A stretch of DNA of 63,293 bases, filler included, from Octopus bimaculoides (lineage: Eukaryota): assembly GCF_001194135.2 (NCBI RefSeq). It is 4 parts of 4 records of this genome, joined end to end, with 100 filler letters (N's around TTAATTAATTAA, not from the genome) between each part and the next. Parts side by side here need not be neighbours in the genome. Positions count along the whole stretch, not along the records: positions 48,966 to 63,293 come from NC_068981.1; 3 more parts are not named here. The stretch is one strand, 5' to 3'. The notes beneath the pieces were generated by a model. It worked only from the letters and a program-made list of their open reading frames with translations. It ran no database searches and was not told where the DNA came from. The translations under genes were made by a program, and so were the position numbers. Below are positions 61,851 to 63,293 of this stretch, piece by piece; position 1 is the first letter of the stretch; each line of letters starts with the position of its first letter.

Positions 61851-62138
61851 GTGGGGGAGCATCATAGCTATGTGTTGAGAGGAATTCTTTGGGGTTTGAA
61901 CAATTCACTTTTGGAAACATGGGTTCAGCATCCTTAAAGTGGGATGGGCTACTCGACCTGAAGAAAATTCTAACTGGGCCCCACCTGCGAAGTCATGCGC
62001 TGTTTATCTTGATATGAGATCACCATGTTGCGGACATATGGTTGTGATGCATGTGCCTGGGGTACCCTTATCAGACGGGTAGTCATGATGGGTATACTGG
62101 GCAGAGTCGTTAGCTATTTTACTCCAGTGTCACTTTGA

Positions 62139-62139
<1 letters not shown>
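61851..62139 (-). mobile_element. Family-F repeat, truncated inverted copy flanked by (TTA)n
   Basis: Its reverse complement aligns to 60831-61144. Confidence 0.85.
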
Positions 62140-62205
<66 letters not shown>

Positions 62206-62540
62206 NNNNNNNNNNGAGATATCAATCTTTCATTCATTTGCAAGTGCAAAAGTTTTCCTAATGGCTACTTTGGCAATTATCATTTGATGTTCAAAAACTA
62301 AATATGGTAAGTGTCATGTAAAAAGATAAAGAAAAAAAGAGGCTTACAGATAACCTTTGTAGCAAACTGCAGTTTCAATTAGTGGCATTGGTAATTACCA
62401 AACATCTGTTAGAAAGACACTATAATTTTCTGATAGTGCAAATTGGTTAGACATCATCAGTAGAATCTTTTACTTTTGTCTCCTTTCTTATCCAGAAAAA
62501 AGCTCTGTGTGTGCATGTCCATGTGTGTGTGTGTATGAGT

Positions 62541-62591
<51 letters not shown>

Positions 62592-62989
62592 TGTGCGTGC
62601 GTGTGCAAATACATTGCTTTGCAGATATGAGGAAATATGTGTCATAGAAACCTACAAACCAGAAGTCTGTATGATTATGGAGTCTTATTGTCGAATGATA
62701 GAAAAATGGATGATTTTGGAAAAATATCTGTTCTTCTTGTATCTCTAAATTAGTAAAGCAGTATCGTGTGTGTTGTATGCATTGTACACAGCCAGAAAAA
62801 TGAAACCAAAAACAAACCAATGCAGAATCGGTGACTGTAATTGCTGTTGCTACAACTCTAGTTGTAATGCGGGTAGTCACTTTGGTTATTGATTTTAGAA
62901 TTATTTTCTTCTACTATTCTTGCAAGAACCTATTGAATTTCATTCCTGTTCAATGCAAGTTCTAGGCTGATTAAATTTCTATTTCATTC

Positions 62990-63293
62990 ATATATATATA
63001 TATACCTGGCACACATACGCACGCACACACATAAACACACACATACACACCTCTCACATACATAAAACCACACACACACACACATACAAATATACACACA
63101 TGCACACATACACATATACACACATGCACACACGCACTCACACCTCTCACATACACAATACTCACTCACATACATAACACACACGCACGCACGCAAACAT
63201 ACACAATATACACATACACGCACGCACAAAAAATATACACACACGTGCCCACGGAAACACACATACAGACACACATAAACACACACACCCCGT
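62990..63293. repeat. Degenerate (CA)/(TA) microsatellite
   Basis: Direct inspection. Confidence 0.9.

Overview
AT-rich, gap-riddled eukaryotic non-coding DNA, most consistent with an octopus draft assembly (inferred from the SINE families and the extreme microsatellite load; not verified). No intact host protein-coding gene, tRNA, rRNA or CRISPR array can be supported. Nearly all long ORFs in the track are artefacts of N-runs or di/tri-nucleotide repeats. The window holds: (i) about 30 copies of several dispersed short repeat families, at least three with tRNA-derived SINE heads; (ii) decayed Tc1/mariner elements of three lineages (DD34D mariner x2, maT/DD37D-like, rosa/DD41D-like); (iii) LINE remnants, including an RTE with an inverted 5' half and a nested LTR-like insert, CR1/L2-type 3' ends, a possible I-group end, and three R4/Dong-type restriction-like-endonuclease (RLE) fragments; (iv) minisatellites, fold-back palindromes, and three synthetic 100-bp scaffold-join linkers (44N-TTAATTAATTAA-44N). 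The most notable signal is a set of five type-I hammerhead-ribozyme-like motifs in five unrelated short repeats, each next to (TA)n tracts. One is essentially canonical (49122-49207). Two have catalytic cores that swap the C3-G8 pair for U3-A8 (325-366) or G3-C8 (29022-29072). This suggests a diversified, microsatellite-anchored, ribozyme-bearing (Penelope-like/retrozyme-like) element system. Ribozyme activity is a prediction from manual folding only.
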